Assembly (NCBI RefSeq): GCF_024521635.1
Contig: NW_026250404.1
Coordinates: 1,302,001-1,366,000, forward strand
Length of the DNA: 64,000 nt
Direction: 5' to 3'
Source: Tricharina praecox
Lineage: Eukaryota
Shown here in pieces: positions 51,012 to 64,000 of the stretch; within the stretch, counting starts at the first letter, position 1, and the number at the start of each line of letters is the position of its first letter. The notes under the pieces were generated by a model that ran no database searches, had not been told where the DNA came from, and saw nothing but the letters and a program-made list of their open reading frames with translations. A program made the position numbers and the translations under genes.

Positions 51012-54000
51012 ATGTCCTCCGCAATGGCGCTCCCCTCGACCGCCGCACGCTCTTCCTCTCCATTGCCACCCGCAGCCAAAAAAGCTCCATCGGTAGCTCT
51101 CCAAAAACGACCCAAGAACCGTTCCCCAACCGTTGCCCGCTTCATAGTCGACGAGCTGCGTGGAGACGCCGGATTTGTCTCGGAGGACATCTGGCGCGAC
51201 GTGTTTGGTTTCCAGAAGAAGGCGGTGGTGGCGGACAGGAAGCTGGAAGATATCGACCTCAATGGTACGCGACGGTGGTGGTGTTATTGTTGATGCGTGA
51301 AGGAGGGGTAGCTAACGCACCAACAGAGGAAGTCGAAGATGAACCTCTACCACCCACTCTATATATCGCCATCGCGCCTCTGGCCTCTGCCGCTAGCGTT
51401 AAGAAGTGGACGATCCTTCCCGTTACATTAATGCCCACAAGCTCGCAGTTCCCTTCGCTTCCGCCAAACACCGTGCTCATCCCCGACTCGATGAACATGG
51501 GTGCGCTAGAAAGCGTACGGCTGCCCAACAAGCGACCGGTTGGAGTACTAGTGACCGCAGTAAACCCGACATATCTGGACACTGTCATAGTCAATGTTAG
51601 GACCGTGCCGGGTATCAATAGTCCGGAGACGGATCATGACATCGAGGACCGCGTCAAGGATGCTTTGTCGAAGCTGAAGGTTATTCATTCGGGGGAAGTG
51701 CTGCGACTTAGCTATGGCCGTGCGGTAGTTGGTCGGACTGCGCGGATTGCGTTGACAGAGCCCGTTAACCAGGGATTTCTGAAGCCGGATACGAAGGTTG
51801 TGGTTGTGAAGGAGCAGGCGCGGAGGCGGCGGAGAGGTGGGCTAGCGGGCGCTTCTGGCGTTATTCTTGCTGGAGGGGACATGGAGGAATCAGATGCATC
51901 GGCAGACTCATTGGTTCTGAGCGACGACGACGAAGACGAGGATGCACTGGAGTTTTCGACCTTTTTGACCGCTCCCTCAACTACTACTTCTGTTTCTTTC
52001 CCCAGCATTTCGCCGACCCCCACACTCATGCGAAACGGGATTGCATCGCCTAATTCAAATGGACCCATGCCGAAGTCTGCGGGGCGGGTTTTCCAGCCCC
52101 AACCACTGACTTCGCCTGTACCTCCAGGATACCTGCATCCAAAGCCGAGGGAGGGCGACGATGATGAGGCCAGAGTGTTCGTGAAAGTGGGAGATTTGGC
52201 AAAGCTGGGATGCTTTTCCGGGGATTGGATAAAGATCTCTGTTGCGGCCACGTCTAGCGATGACATATCAACCTCTCCATTGCGGACTGCCGCAGAGAGT
52301 GTGGCTAGGGGACAAAACTTTCGACCTCAGAGTAGCGGTGGGAGTGTACGCAATGGGAGCAGAGGGTTCCCTGCGCGGGACGAATCCGGTGTGCATAACG
52401 AAGAAAAGGAACAAATTCCGGGCAGGCCAGTGAGAGTTTTCTCTCTCCCAGAATCATGGGAAGCGGCAACGAACACGTCCAAGAGTCCAAAGGGCAAAGG
52501 GAAAGTCTTCAGCATTGGCGGAGCGGACGGGAGAATCGTCTATCTGTCGCCTGTACTGCTGGCAAACCTTTTGCCCGATAATTCGACAGCTGACTTGCTG
52601 TTGTCTCCGCTCCCTACAACTGCGCCCGCGGTATCATCTGTCCTTCACTCCCAAGCTCCGGCATTTCCGCCTCCCGCCAAAGAGGTCACGCTGCTACGTA
52701 TTGCGTCGCCAACGTCGACTGACCGCGCACTGCAACCGTCGCTGCTGCTCCAGCTAAAATCTTACTTTGAGTCCTGTCGAAGGCTGGTTAAGAAGGGGGA
52801 CTTGATTGCGGTCAGCATCGATGAAGTCCTTGCGCGCAGTCTTTACGGCGAAGTGAGTGAAGACGGGGTGACCGAGGAGCTCCTTGCTTCTACGGACGCC
52901 GGGCGCAAGAATTGCGTTGCATGGTTCCGAGTTGGGAGTATTGTGTCCTCCGCTGCCGATGAAGGGGATGGAAAAGACGGCCGCTCATCCTCGCGGCGTG
53001 GGGACGTGAAACAGTCAGGGGAGGAGGGAGATGTCTGGGAAGGGGTGGTCTTTGTCGATCCCGCGAGCACACGGATGGTCCAGGCTGGAAGCGAGAAGCG
53101 CAAGATTCCTCCTACGATACACTCGACCTGGGAAAACTACCTTGGTCTCCGTCCGCCGCCCCTCCGTGAAGCCACGGTGCTGGGACGTCCGGTGCAGATC
53201 ACCATGCCGGAGCGCTTTGTTAGTCAGACTCATCGTCGATTGAGAGAGTTGATTGCCGCCGCCACATCGCCGAGGGCCATTAAGATGAACCTACAGCCAC
53301 TTGCAATACTGGTCACTTCGACGCAGAGAGACATTGGAAAGCGAACTCTCGCACGTGCTGCAGCCGCCGATGTTGGAGTCCATGTCTTCCACATTGATGC
53401 GTACGACATCATCGCGGACGGAGGTGCCGGCGATACGAAAACGGAGGCTTTCCTTCGGGCCCGTGTCGACCGTGCACTATCGTGCGGAAAGGAGACGTGT
53501 GTCCTCTTGATCTCCCACGTCGAGGCTCTTACTGCCGGTCGGATGGGTGAGGTGCTCAAAGATATTGTTGCAGACATGAAGATTGTCGTTGCAACTACAA
53601 CTGAAGTGGACAAATTGTCGGACACGGTCCGCAACGTGTTTACCCATGAGCTTGAAGTTAACGCTCCAGACGAGAAGGAGCGTGCTGCCCTCCTGTCGGC
53701 CATCGTCGACGAGAAAAAGATCCGCGTCGCATCAGATGTCGCACTCTCCGCTATTGCCGTAAAGACTGCCGCATTGGTCGCCGGAGATCTAGCAGATGTT
53801 CTGGACCGCGCGGTGGCTGCCTCGAAGAGCCGTGTCGCGGCTCTTGCGAAACGGTTGAAGAAAACTTCGCCGCCCTGCCCGTCTCACGAGATACCGACTA
53901 TACAAGACCTCCAATTTGCCGGTGGTGATGCCGTCACTTCTGTTTGCCGTGTTGACTTTGACGTGGCTGTTGAAGCCGCACGCAGGAACTTCTCGGACTC

Positions 54001-55216
54001 CATCGGCGCGCCCAGGATCCCCAACGTGTCCTGGGACGACGTTGGTGGTCTTGCGAACGTCAAGTATGCAGTTATGGAGACGATTCAGCTCCCCTTGGAG
54101 CGGCCCGAGCTTTTCGCCAAGGGAATGAAGAAGCGAAGTGGTATTCTCTTCTACGGCCCACCAGGAACTGGAAAGACGCTGCTCGCCAAGGCCATCGCTA
54201 CCGAATTCTCGCTCAACTTCTTTTCCATCAAGGGACCCGAATTGCTCAATATGTACATCGGAGAGTCCGAAGCCAACGTCCGTCGAGTATTCCAGCGTGC
54301 CCGTGATGCCAGGCCTTGCGTCGTCTTCTTCGACGAGTTGGATTCCGTCGCACCCAAGCGAGGAAATCAAGGTGACAGCGGTGGTGTCATGGACCGTATC
54401 GTATCCCAGCTCCTCGCCGAACTTGACGGCATGAGCGAGGGCAAAGAAGGCAGCGGTGGTGTCTTCGTTATCGGCGCCACCAACAGACCCGATCTCCTCG
54501 ACCCGGCGCTTCTGCGTCCCGGCCGTTTCGACAAAATGCTGTACCTTGGTGTCTCCGACTCGCACGAGAAGCAGCTCACCATTCTCGAGGCACTCACGCG
54601 GAAATTTGCGATCGAGGATGGCTGCAATCTCATGAAGGTCGCAGAAACTTTGCCGTTTACATACACCGGTGCGGACCTGTACGCACTTTGTTCAGACGCT
54701 ATGTTGAAGGCTATAACGAAGCAGGCGAGATATGTCGATGAGCAAATTCGCAATATGGAACAGCGCGGGGAAGGGAAGGTGTCTACGGCGTGGTGGTTCG
54801 ATAATGTGGCTACCGAGGATGACGTCAAGGTCGTCGTCAGAGCTGATGACTTTGATGAGGCTAGACGTGAGCTGGTGGGGAGTGTTAGGTACATCGCCTT
54901 TTGTTGCATTTCTTCCGTTGCGGATACTGACAGATGCCATAGTGCCAAGGAATTGGAGCACTACCAGCGTGTGCGCGCGCAATTTGAGCAACCCGATCCG
55001 AAGCCAGAAAAAGAAGAAAAAGAAGATAAAGGGAAAGGCAAGGCCGCCAACTACCCTGACTCCGACGACGATGATGAGAAGCCCACCTACACGACCGGAG
55101 GAAAAGGAAAAGGAAAAGCGGTCATGCTCGAACAGGATGGCCACGAAAGAGAGTTCAGACCCAATGGGTGGGAGGACCCGGCAGGAAACGACGATGACGA
55201 GCTCTACGGAGAGTAA
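51012..55216 (+). CDS. PEX6: Peroxisomal biogenesis AAA ATPase Pex6; exons 51012-51264, 51327-54888, 54943-55216
   Basis: Degenerate D1 (TQRDIGK) and conserved D2: SDSIGAPRIPNVSWDDVGGL, GPPGTGKT, ELLNMYIGESEANVR, FFDELDS, GDSGGVMDRIVSQLLAELDG, LRPGRFDKMLYLG. Confidence 0.97.
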
Positions 55217-55566
55217 ATGTGGAGAGATACCTATTTGTATTTGTTTCTTTTGTTTGCATACCCGTACGGCGGATACCAGGAGTGATGTTTTGGATGTCGA
55301 TGTCGATGTGGATAGGTAATGGACGAATCAGGAGTGGAGTGGACTCCATATTTAGGATTTACAGCTTGGTGAAGAACGGTGCACTGGGCCATAATCAGGC
55401 GTGACTCTAGGCAATCACCTTTGACTGTCTGCTCTTGAGTACTTGTAGAAATCATCATTGTGCACACTAGCCACCTACAAACAGCAACGGTGGTCGGAAT
55501 AAAGGGAATTTTGACACCAATTCTCACGGAGCTCACTGGCGGTGGTACTGACTGCGAACATGTGAT

Positions 55567-55662
55567 AGAGAGAGAGAGAGATCTTCCTATTTTATTTCGC
55601 ATGCAGCCTATCTAGACTATTGCAAACGATCTCTGTTTCCTGTCCGCCCTGGCCAGTCGAGG
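55567..55662 (-). mobile_element. Short LINE/SINE 3'-end copy
   Basis: Reverse complement reads ttgcaatagtctagataggctgcatgcgaaataaaataggaagatc(tc)n and aligns with 15205-15315 over ~95 bp. Confidence 0.65.
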
Positions 55663-56285
55663 TGAGCGAACATGTGATTACAATTTACAGTCCTGCACGT
55701 ACCGTCACTCGGCGAGTGATGAACCATAGATGTTAATATTATGCGTCTTATTGTTTGTTCCGGAGTCATTGCTACTTTCCATGGTCCTTTACTACTTCCA
55801 AATGTCCTTTGCATACTGCTCTCATTTTCTTCGTGGCTGCTTAGCATTACCTATGGCTTCTCAGTAGAATCAGCCTCGTCAGCTGAAAGCTTTCAAGCCA
55901 CCAGCCCAGTCGGGCGACGAGTATCCGGCCACGAGTATCTTCGCATCTTCTGTCTGAGGCCCGGTTTTCTCCACGTCTACACGAGCTCGTTTCCCTTTAT
56001 AAGTAGTCTTCTTTCTCTTCTTTCTCGTATCAATACATCAATCAAGTCAAGTTATTCTCTCAATTCCAACAATATAAACGTCTACATACCTTTAATGGAT
56101 ACACGGACTGACAGAATACACCGAAAAAAACCCAGGGCGGCAGTGATTTAAACCACACCCCCTTCCCGTGAGTGGCCACCCTTCCTTCCATCACCAATCT
56201 CCAAATCTTTCCAATTCCCCACTACACAACATCTACATACATTCACACCACCAAAACCGATCAATTCGAACATATCATATCAACA

Positions 56286-56498
56286 ATGAGCACCAAATCC
56301 ACACGGCCGAACAGGGCACCGGCCTCGGCACCTGACCGGATCGAGATCATCAAGATGCACCTACTGGGGCACACATTGGCCGCGATATCGCACCGCCTAA
56401 AACTACGCTTTCCGAACGAGGCGATCGAGGACATCATGTGGGATCTGGGTGCACCCTCCGCGCCGCTGGATCGAGTGCTTGTGTTTGTAACTTTGTAG
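56286..56498 (+). CDS. Putative 70-aa small protein with helix-turn-helix-like segment
   Basis: Good start context (caacaATG), upstream TTTATAAG (~55995), and DRIEIIKMHLLGHTLAAISHRLKL HTH-like pattern. Confidence 0.35.
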   Translation: MSTKSTRPNRAPASAPDRIEIIKMHLLGHTLAAISHRLKLRFPNEAIEDIMWDLGAPSAPLDRVLVFVTL

Positions 56499-56563
56499 CC
56501 TGCTAAATGTACCGTATGTGCCGCTGGTATTTTGTTGCGTCGTCTTGCTGGTTGGATGGGTGT

Positions 56564-56657
56564 GCGTAACTCTGCGTGACTTCCACTGCCGCCATACGGT
56601 GCTCCCCCGCGCGTAACTCTGCGTGACTTCCACTGCCGCCGTACGGTGCTTCCCCGC
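56564..56657. repeat. 47-bp tandem duplication
   Basis: gcgtaactctgcgtgacttccactgccgccRtacggtgctYccccgc x2. Confidence 0.93.
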
Positions 56658-59600
56658 GGCTGGTCCGCTTCGAGTCGGGGCTGGCCAGGGCTGGCCTGGA
56701 CTCGTCGCTGCGTCGCTGCGTCGGTGGCGACTAGGCCGCTCTCTCTCTGTCTGTCTGCATGCGGGCATTCCGCCGGCACGATCTAGATTCTTGATATGTC
56801 TAATATCGATGCTCGCCTTCCTGTGAAGTGTGGTCTTCCAGACCGCCGTCTGTTGCTGCCAGCGTTTCTGGTGTAGAGTATGTAGATCTTTGGATGGTAC
56901 ATTACCTAGATCTAACTTTCGCCACTGGCGGGCGGGCTGGCCCGGCCGCTGTTCATGCGGTGTCTATAGTTGCACTTGAGCGTCATTGGCTCGATCACGT
57001 TGGCTCACGCGGTGACGTGGGGAGTTTCTGCCGTAGGCAAATAGTGGGGCACGACCGTCGGCGTGGATCAACCGGACTGGGTACTGCCATACTCTACATA
57101 TTCTGCTCGCTAGGTAGAGTGATAGACAGGCCGCATACGATTGATGAGTGCGGAAAACAAAAAACAAAAAGCAAAATCCAAAATCCAACTGGCCAGGTAA
57201 TTGGCGCGCAATCGGCGCAAAATCCATGTTCGCCGACTTTGAGCGAGTGCGAGTGCGAGCCGGCGACCACCGGGCAAAACTCCAACTGCATGGACGGTCA
57301 GGGTTAAAGCCGGCTCTCGTATAGAAATCCGCATGGAAACTTGCACGCATGCTGTGTGGCGGGAGAGCGGGAAGGAACTCACTCGATCGCCGCACCCGGA
57401 GGATGAGGAGGAGGAAGTCAGGTATGTACAGAAACCTACCGTACTTACTCCCATACTCGCTGCACCGGGTGAACTCTGGTGATCGATATAGTGGTCCCAA
57501 AACTTTGAAGATTATGCCATTTACTTCTTTTCGACATTCCCGGCCCCCATCTCCCGGTATTTTTCTTATATTCTTACCGACGCTGTTGCCTGTCCCGCGC
57601 AGTGGGGTTCATACATACAGAAGAAGATTCTGGAGGGTTCTCATGTCAGGCCGCCCATGTTTTCCCCATTCCGTGGTACATAGAATATGTACTACGCCGT
57701 CATCAGGCCGACAGACATGTGCATCTGATGATGGAGTCGGCCGGCGGCTCTCGGTGTTATTGCCTACCGGTATTAGTTGCCAATGGAGTAGAGTAGGTAG
57801 AGTACTTCCTGACCGTGCGAGAGGCGAGTCGACCACTCGAAGCCTGGAAGTGTGCTCCGAACCGCTAGAATTGTATGTATGTAGGTAGCTTAGAGGTCTG
57901 ACATCATATCGATACGTGCTTTGCAAGCTGGGCATAACTACTCTAATAGTTAGTACTATACCTATACAATCTCCTAAGTGCATTTGACAACACCGCAGAT
58001 CAGGCGAGCCATAGATCATGACACAGACACACTCTTTCTTCCGTCCGAATGATTCCTTGGTGTGTAGCCGACCGATTGGGGAGAAAATTCCTCACGGACG
58101 AGAACAGGCAGAATGGATTATCATGCTCACCGTACTCGCACCGAAGGTAGATATCGTACATTGACCAGTGGAGAGAAAGAGAAAGGGGGGCTGTGGGTGA
58201 TGGTTCACCGGAGTCTGGTGGCACACACACACGGGTCACACACCCACACCCACATACATACACACCGACACACACACAAATCAAGCTTCAAGGAGGAGGA
58301 GGGGGGGACATTCCGATATCTAGCGTGGCGAGCACATGTGCACGCACTGCACTCCATTCCACGATGGAAAAGCCGTATGTAGTAAAGCAGTGGCCACTGG
58401 GTGGCCACTGGGGCCCCGGGAGGAGGTCAGCCCCATTCGCTAACTACACAAGACACGATCGAGACTGTGCGAATGGTGGCTAGTGTTGAGCGTTCCCTTG
58501 TTAATTCTGCGGACTCCGACCCATATCCCGCGCTTCAGCCGCTCGCTCGATACGGGTCGGGGGGATATCGATATGCATGCCCAAGGGGAGAGGGGAGAGG
58601 GGAGAGGGCAAAAGGATTGCACACGCCCGGTTACGGCTTCCGGCCATGGTGAGCGAGAGCGAGGGCGAGGCCTTAGGCTTCCAGGCTTCTAGACTTTTAG
58701 GTTTCCAGGCTTCCAAGTTCCAGGCTTCCAGCTTGTGCTCTAAGCTTTCCGAACTAGGGAGAATTACTTTTGGGATCGGGGATTCGACGGCTGTCTGGAG
58801 CGATCATTCCCGAGAACGGTACGGTATTTCCCGGCCTGTTGCCGCCCTTATGGACCTCGCCGCTTTCGTCGCGGAGAGAGGGGGGTTATCCGAAGATATC
58901 GCGTCGAGTCATCGTCCATGTTCGGCCGGACAATAGCCCGCCGTCCAAACGGTCACTCCGGTGCACTCAGCTGAATGGGCTTCTCAGCGTACCAGTACAA
59001 AGGTACCTTCTCTACTAGGCGGACGTCCGTAATCCTCACTCCCTTCCTCCCATTTTGGCCTCGCTACGGTACCGGTACCGTTGAGCAGTCGTACTCGCTC
59101 GCTAGGAAGGAAGCATCGAGAGAACGTACGACTTCTGACGTATGTACATACTTGGCACATACTCCCCGTCTGGTCTCGGTATTCCCACGTTTAATGGCTC
59201 AGGTAAGGTTATGGGGGCGAGTCGAGTTAACGTGCGTACATACAACACTTCGCTTAACGTCATCGGGGGAGGGGGGAGAAAGAGTTGGGTCCCAAGGCGG
59301 GGGCCATGCGCCCGTCCGCGAGAATAGTATGGATGTAGGTAGGTGGGTAGGTACCTACACAGATAGATAGGAAGGTATGTATGGGCAGCACATATCACTC
59401 GAAGCGTGCAATGCTCTATTCAATGTCTCAGCGCCGGATGCGTGCGTGCGCGAGAAAAACGGCTAGGTAAGTACCAGGCCACCGGAGCATATGGTATATC
59501 CATTGGACCGATAGAGTGTGTGCCTTGTGAAAGGGGGCGGGGGGATTCCCCGGTGGGGCTCCTTCCAATGCTTCCATCCTCTCCCCGCTTTCGCCCCCCC

Positions 59601-62600
59601 TCCGCACCCCCGGCTTGGATTTATGCATATTCTGATACTGCTGAGACTGCGGTTCACATCTGTCAACTGAAGCAGCGGGTTTTGTGGAATTCGGAATTCC
59701 ACGCCGAATGTCTGGCCTGGCCGCTGGCGGGGTCACTCGGCGACGGGAAACCAACCCGAGAGCTCAGCTGTCGTTGTCGTCGATCTGTTCCGAGAAGATG
59801 GAATATGGGGCGGCACGCAAGCAGGGCGAGCGCAGCAGGGCCTAACTAGAGTACCTAGAGTACCGGGGCGAGTCGCCGGTTAAACGGATGACTCAACCAC
59901 CTTGTTGTTTTTTGTTTTTTCTTTGAGGGGGGAAGCTCAAGTGGCTCAGCGGCGGACGATTTACTACTACCATTTACCTATTGTAACTGATAGACATTGG
60001 GATTTAGGACCGTAGAGTACGTAGGCGGTAAACCAAGCCATCATAGTGGGAATCATAGTACATACGCATCTGCACTGACGAAATACCTATGCCCACTTCC
60101 TGATATTGACTAGTTGCTGGATCAAGTTTCTCTCTGCGCCGCTCCCCGTAGTGTAGTGTTGAATCATGCAGGGACATGGCGGGAATGGATGCCTTGTCTA
60201 CGGTATGATACGGTGATACCTAGCCTCTAGGCGGACCGTACCGCAGCGAGAGCAGCTTAGTCGTTCTCACCGCCGAATACATCATATGAGTATTATCTAG
60301 AGTATATGGTGGAGGGAAAGCGCCCTATATCCCCCCTCGACCTCGACCTTGATCTTGACCGGAGAGAACACGGTGAGCCCTCGCACTCGCCCGGGACGAA
60401 ATCAGCCCTCGTGAGGAGCTCTGCACTGCACTGTACTGTCATACCTAGTAGTGTTCCTGCGGCAAAATTTCAACCGGTAACAAAAGTATCTACGACCATT
60501 TTGTTCCACCTATGTATTATACATACTGTCAACTGAGAACCCCGGTGGATGGTGGGGGCAGCCGGTGACTGTGGTGTAGAGTGAACGTATACGCACCGGT
60601 ACCGGTAGAATACGGTACCGGTATGTATAGTACTCTATCGATCACCGGCCGATGCGTACTATACCATACATACATGCCATACCATACCATACCACACATG
60701 CCATACTATAGTACGATTTCATCACATATGATATGATATGATATCGCTCGACCCAAAAACAGAATCCTCGCTTACTGTCGTAAAAATAATAAAACAAAAA
60801 CTAAAAAGAAAGGAAAAGAAAAGAAAGTAAAAGAAGGAAAAAAAAGAAGACAAAAAAAACATCCAGTTCTCGGAATCTCATGGTGATGATGATGGATGGT
60901 GGTGGTGGTCCCAACCAAAGGAATAATTAGAGTACGTCGCTACTCTGATAGTTATCATAGCATCCAGGCAGACACCAGCCTGTCCACCCGCCCATAGTAG
61001 GAACATAGCAAGTCACACTCGGTATGTAGAGCCCGTGCCGTACTCTCCATCCCACCGGCCCGGGCGACGGAACGGGCCCTTCGTGGTTCGACCCAGCACT
61101 GTCACCGTTACCGTTTGGGTTGGAGCACGCGGAAAAGGTATATATTGGATTGTTTGTGTCTTAGGGTATCTGAAACCCACGATGCGATTGGTGCCCCCCG
61201 CGGCCCCCCCTCCCCGCCCACACCGGGATCCTAACTTCCTAAACTGAGATCCTGTGCTGACTCGCTGCGATCCGAGATGTGCTTAGGGTGCATATCCGAG
61301 TCATGCGAGTTCGGGATGGTAAGTTTTTGTACTCATGTAGGGTTGTAGAATACCTGCTAAACATTGCTGCACTTTTGATATCTGGGTACTTCCTTGGTAA
61401 CTACGTGCTGTCTATGATGTAGTGCGTCCAGAAGCTAACGCGGCCTACCTACCTACATACATAGGACGAAAGCGAAAAATATTTGGTACTACACACCGGT
61501 GAGATTTTCTATTCAGGTTCAGGCCAGGCGAGTGCCGGACTGACGGACGGAAGTTAAGCGCTCTGCCGTACTATGGGAGAATCAATGTTACATATCACGG
61601 TTTTTCATGGTTTCATTGCAGCTACGATTCTACGGATGCTCCCGGAGAAATGTACGGTGCCTAGTCGTGGTATGGTTGGGCACGCCAGTAGCTGGGTAAT
61701 ATTGGGCACCTATTTACATGTACACAGTTATCGGGACTCGGGAGTCCGGCATCGATGTCGGCCTCCCGTGCCCCGAGTCGTATACATACTCTCATTGGGA
61801 GGCCAGCCGGCAACCATCCGGAAACCTCAAATCGATATTCTACCTACTGTGCAGCTCTCTCGTTGGGGAGGACGGTGATGCGGCGATCGCGGTGGCGACT
61901 GGCTGGCTGGCTGGCTGGCTAAAGCAACCGCAAAAAAGCTCCGACAGGAAAGTTCAAACTTCAAGTAGCGTCAGATCCCGTACATAAAGCACATAGACCA
62001 CCGATGGCCAATAGATACCGATATGCGGTTCGCGAAAATCCACATACTCCACATACCCTGCAGCGCTGTTAGTGGGCACTGGGCCTGCTAGGTGGTAGGT
62101 ACTGTGTAGTGTAGGGTAGGGCAGGGTAGTATTTGGAATTATGGATTAATAGTTACCTACATACCGCCTGCCTGTCGGAATGCCGGAAACAGACATGTCT
62201 GCAGAAGTCTCGATTGTTTGCTGGCGCGGTGTAAGTAGGTGCTATTCTGTCGGATGATGTAGGGAATGGCTACTACCTAGTAGAGTTGGTACGGCAACTG
62301 GGGCCAAGTGGAAGGAAGCCTGAAGGGCATCGCCGTGGTTGTTACTTCCGGTTGCGAGCGATCGCTTGGTAGAAGGTGGTTGCATGAGTAGGTACGGTAT
62401 GTACGTAGATGTGCAGAAGGATCCCTTGGTTGGTTGGCTAGTTGGTTGTTATGGAAATATCCAGTGAGGACCGGTATGTCCATGTCTACGTCCATGTCCA
62501 CCTCCGTCCATGGGGGCAAACACGGCTGCTCCCAGTACTCACACGAAGACTCTAGTTCCCCGTTTTACGTCGAATCTTGCAATGGAATCTTTGCCGTGGT

Positions 62601-63883
62601 TGTTTACGATGCTTATACCCCCATCCTCATCCCTCAAGGCCCCGTGAACCGGAACATTCCCCTGCGCCGATCTCCCGTATGGATAGTACCCAAGTATGTA
62701 GGCAGAGATCTTGCCGCGATCTTAGGGGTGTAAACTTCTCAGCCCCCCCCGCCCCGGGGGAGGGCGGCGCACTGTGGAGTACCACGGATATACATCGGTG
62801 GAGGATATGGTTTATGTAGCCAGATCACTTAGACACCGCCAAATTGGTAGGTACTGTGCGGTACTATCCAATCTGTAGCAAGTTCGCACGTTTGAGCTTT
62901 GCCATCGGGCATTCGCGTCCTTTCCTCGGTGGAAGAATGATGTGTGTAGGGGGTATCTTCGAGCAGGATCAGTACTAGATACCGGTATTGCCACTGACAT
63001 ACCGGTACTTAGTATACCCTACACAACGGCCACAGTCACGCCGCACCAGCTGAAAACCGGCCCACTCCCTTCCTCATTCACTCGCTCACTCACTCACCCG
63101 CCCACACACTCAACCGCTCACTACAGATCCATAATCCATTTCCGGCTGGATGATGTGCACTGTATTCCTGTATTCCTGTCTTCCGGAGCGGAGTAGAGCA
63201 CCGCACGCACGCACTGCATCGATTTCCGCATGCCTGGAAATACATGTCCCTACCTGCCTACTCTGCCATTCCATATGTACGGTATTCCATGCCGGGCGTG
63301 CCCTGCAAGCCCAATGCGTGCGAGCGAACTGGCTTCCGAAGCGAGAGCTTGGGGGTTAGGATCACGGGAGGGAGGGAGGAAGGGAAGGATCACGGGAGGG
63401 AGGGAGGGAGCATGCCGAGCGCGCAGTGTCTCTCATCTTGCGCCCCTACCACCGTGCCAGGTATGTATGTAGTAGAGTCACCACATACCCTACACCAGAA
63501 GACGAGACGAGACGAAAACGAGACGAGACGAGATGAGACGAACCACTTTCAAGCGAGGGCAACGAATACGCGGACTCAGCTGGTCCTCACACCAGTATGT
63601 AGTGGGCGCCGCACCGGCCCCATGATCCGCCGCGGCGCCGCCGTCTCTTTCGCCCAGCGCGAGTGCGAGCGCGAGCTCCTTCTGTTGGCGGAAACATCGC
63701 CGCGCACACGCCGCACTCGAATGTGCTCTTGTGGCGAATGGGTACCTAGCATATAGTAGAGTAGTACCGTAGAACTGGTAGTACCGTAGGTCCGCAGAGT
63801 AGTACCATAGCAGAGAGGGTAGTACGGTATGTAGTAACCAGCTCGTTACTACTAACTAGCCGTGGCGCAGTCGGCATGGGACT

Positions 63884-63973
63884 TTACTACTACTTACTAC
63901 TATTACCACTACATACTACTACTACCACTACCGCTACTATTACTACTAGTTAACTACTACTACTATCTACTAC
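63884..63973. repeat. Imperfect (TAC)n low-complexity tract
   Basis: Seen directly. Confidence 0.8.
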
Positions 63974-64000
63974 CCAGTAGTCTTTCATATTCTCGATAGT

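Noticed and set aside
56564..56657. CRISPR-like appearance of direct repeats (also 43712-43763, 9282-9537)
   Set aside because: Contiguous tandem copies without unique spacers, no cas genes, eukaryotic DNA.
57000..64000. Many short ORFs
   Set aside because: No coding signature; microsatellite-rich intergenic DNA.

Overview
Eukaryotic, intron-containing DNA from a filamentous ascomycete. GT-AG introns of 50-100 nt with CTRAC branch sites, a CVNH gene, a PTH11-like gene and PEX6 support this; the sequence style suggests Pezizomycetes, which is inference. I reconstructed 11 protein genes by hand-splicing: a SAM-methyltransferase-domain protein, a flavin monooxygenase, a CVNH lectin, an ADP-ribosylglycohydrolase, PSO2/SNM1, a secreted EEP nuclease, a PTH11-like membrane protein, an Esc1-like bHLH factor, a DUF2470-like membrane protein, an F-box-like/ankyrin protein and PEX6. 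There is also one tRNA-Cys(GCA), a decayed LINE 3' fragment, tandem repeats and microsatellites, and long gene-free stretches at about 30-41 kb and 57-64 kb. The most unusual items are these. (1) A ~570-bp near-perfect hairpin built from an inverted duplication of a dead coding fragment, a candidate endogenous siRNA/milRNA source. (2) Four dispersed copies of a LINE 3'-terminal stem-loop with compensatory base changes, three ending in (TC)n tails. (3) A CACGTG cluster upstream of a predicted CACGTG-binding bHLH gene. (4) A Q/P-rich ORF split by one TAG inside a 30-nt intron-like segment. (5) A small HTH-like ORF. No database searches were run; family calls come from motif recognition.
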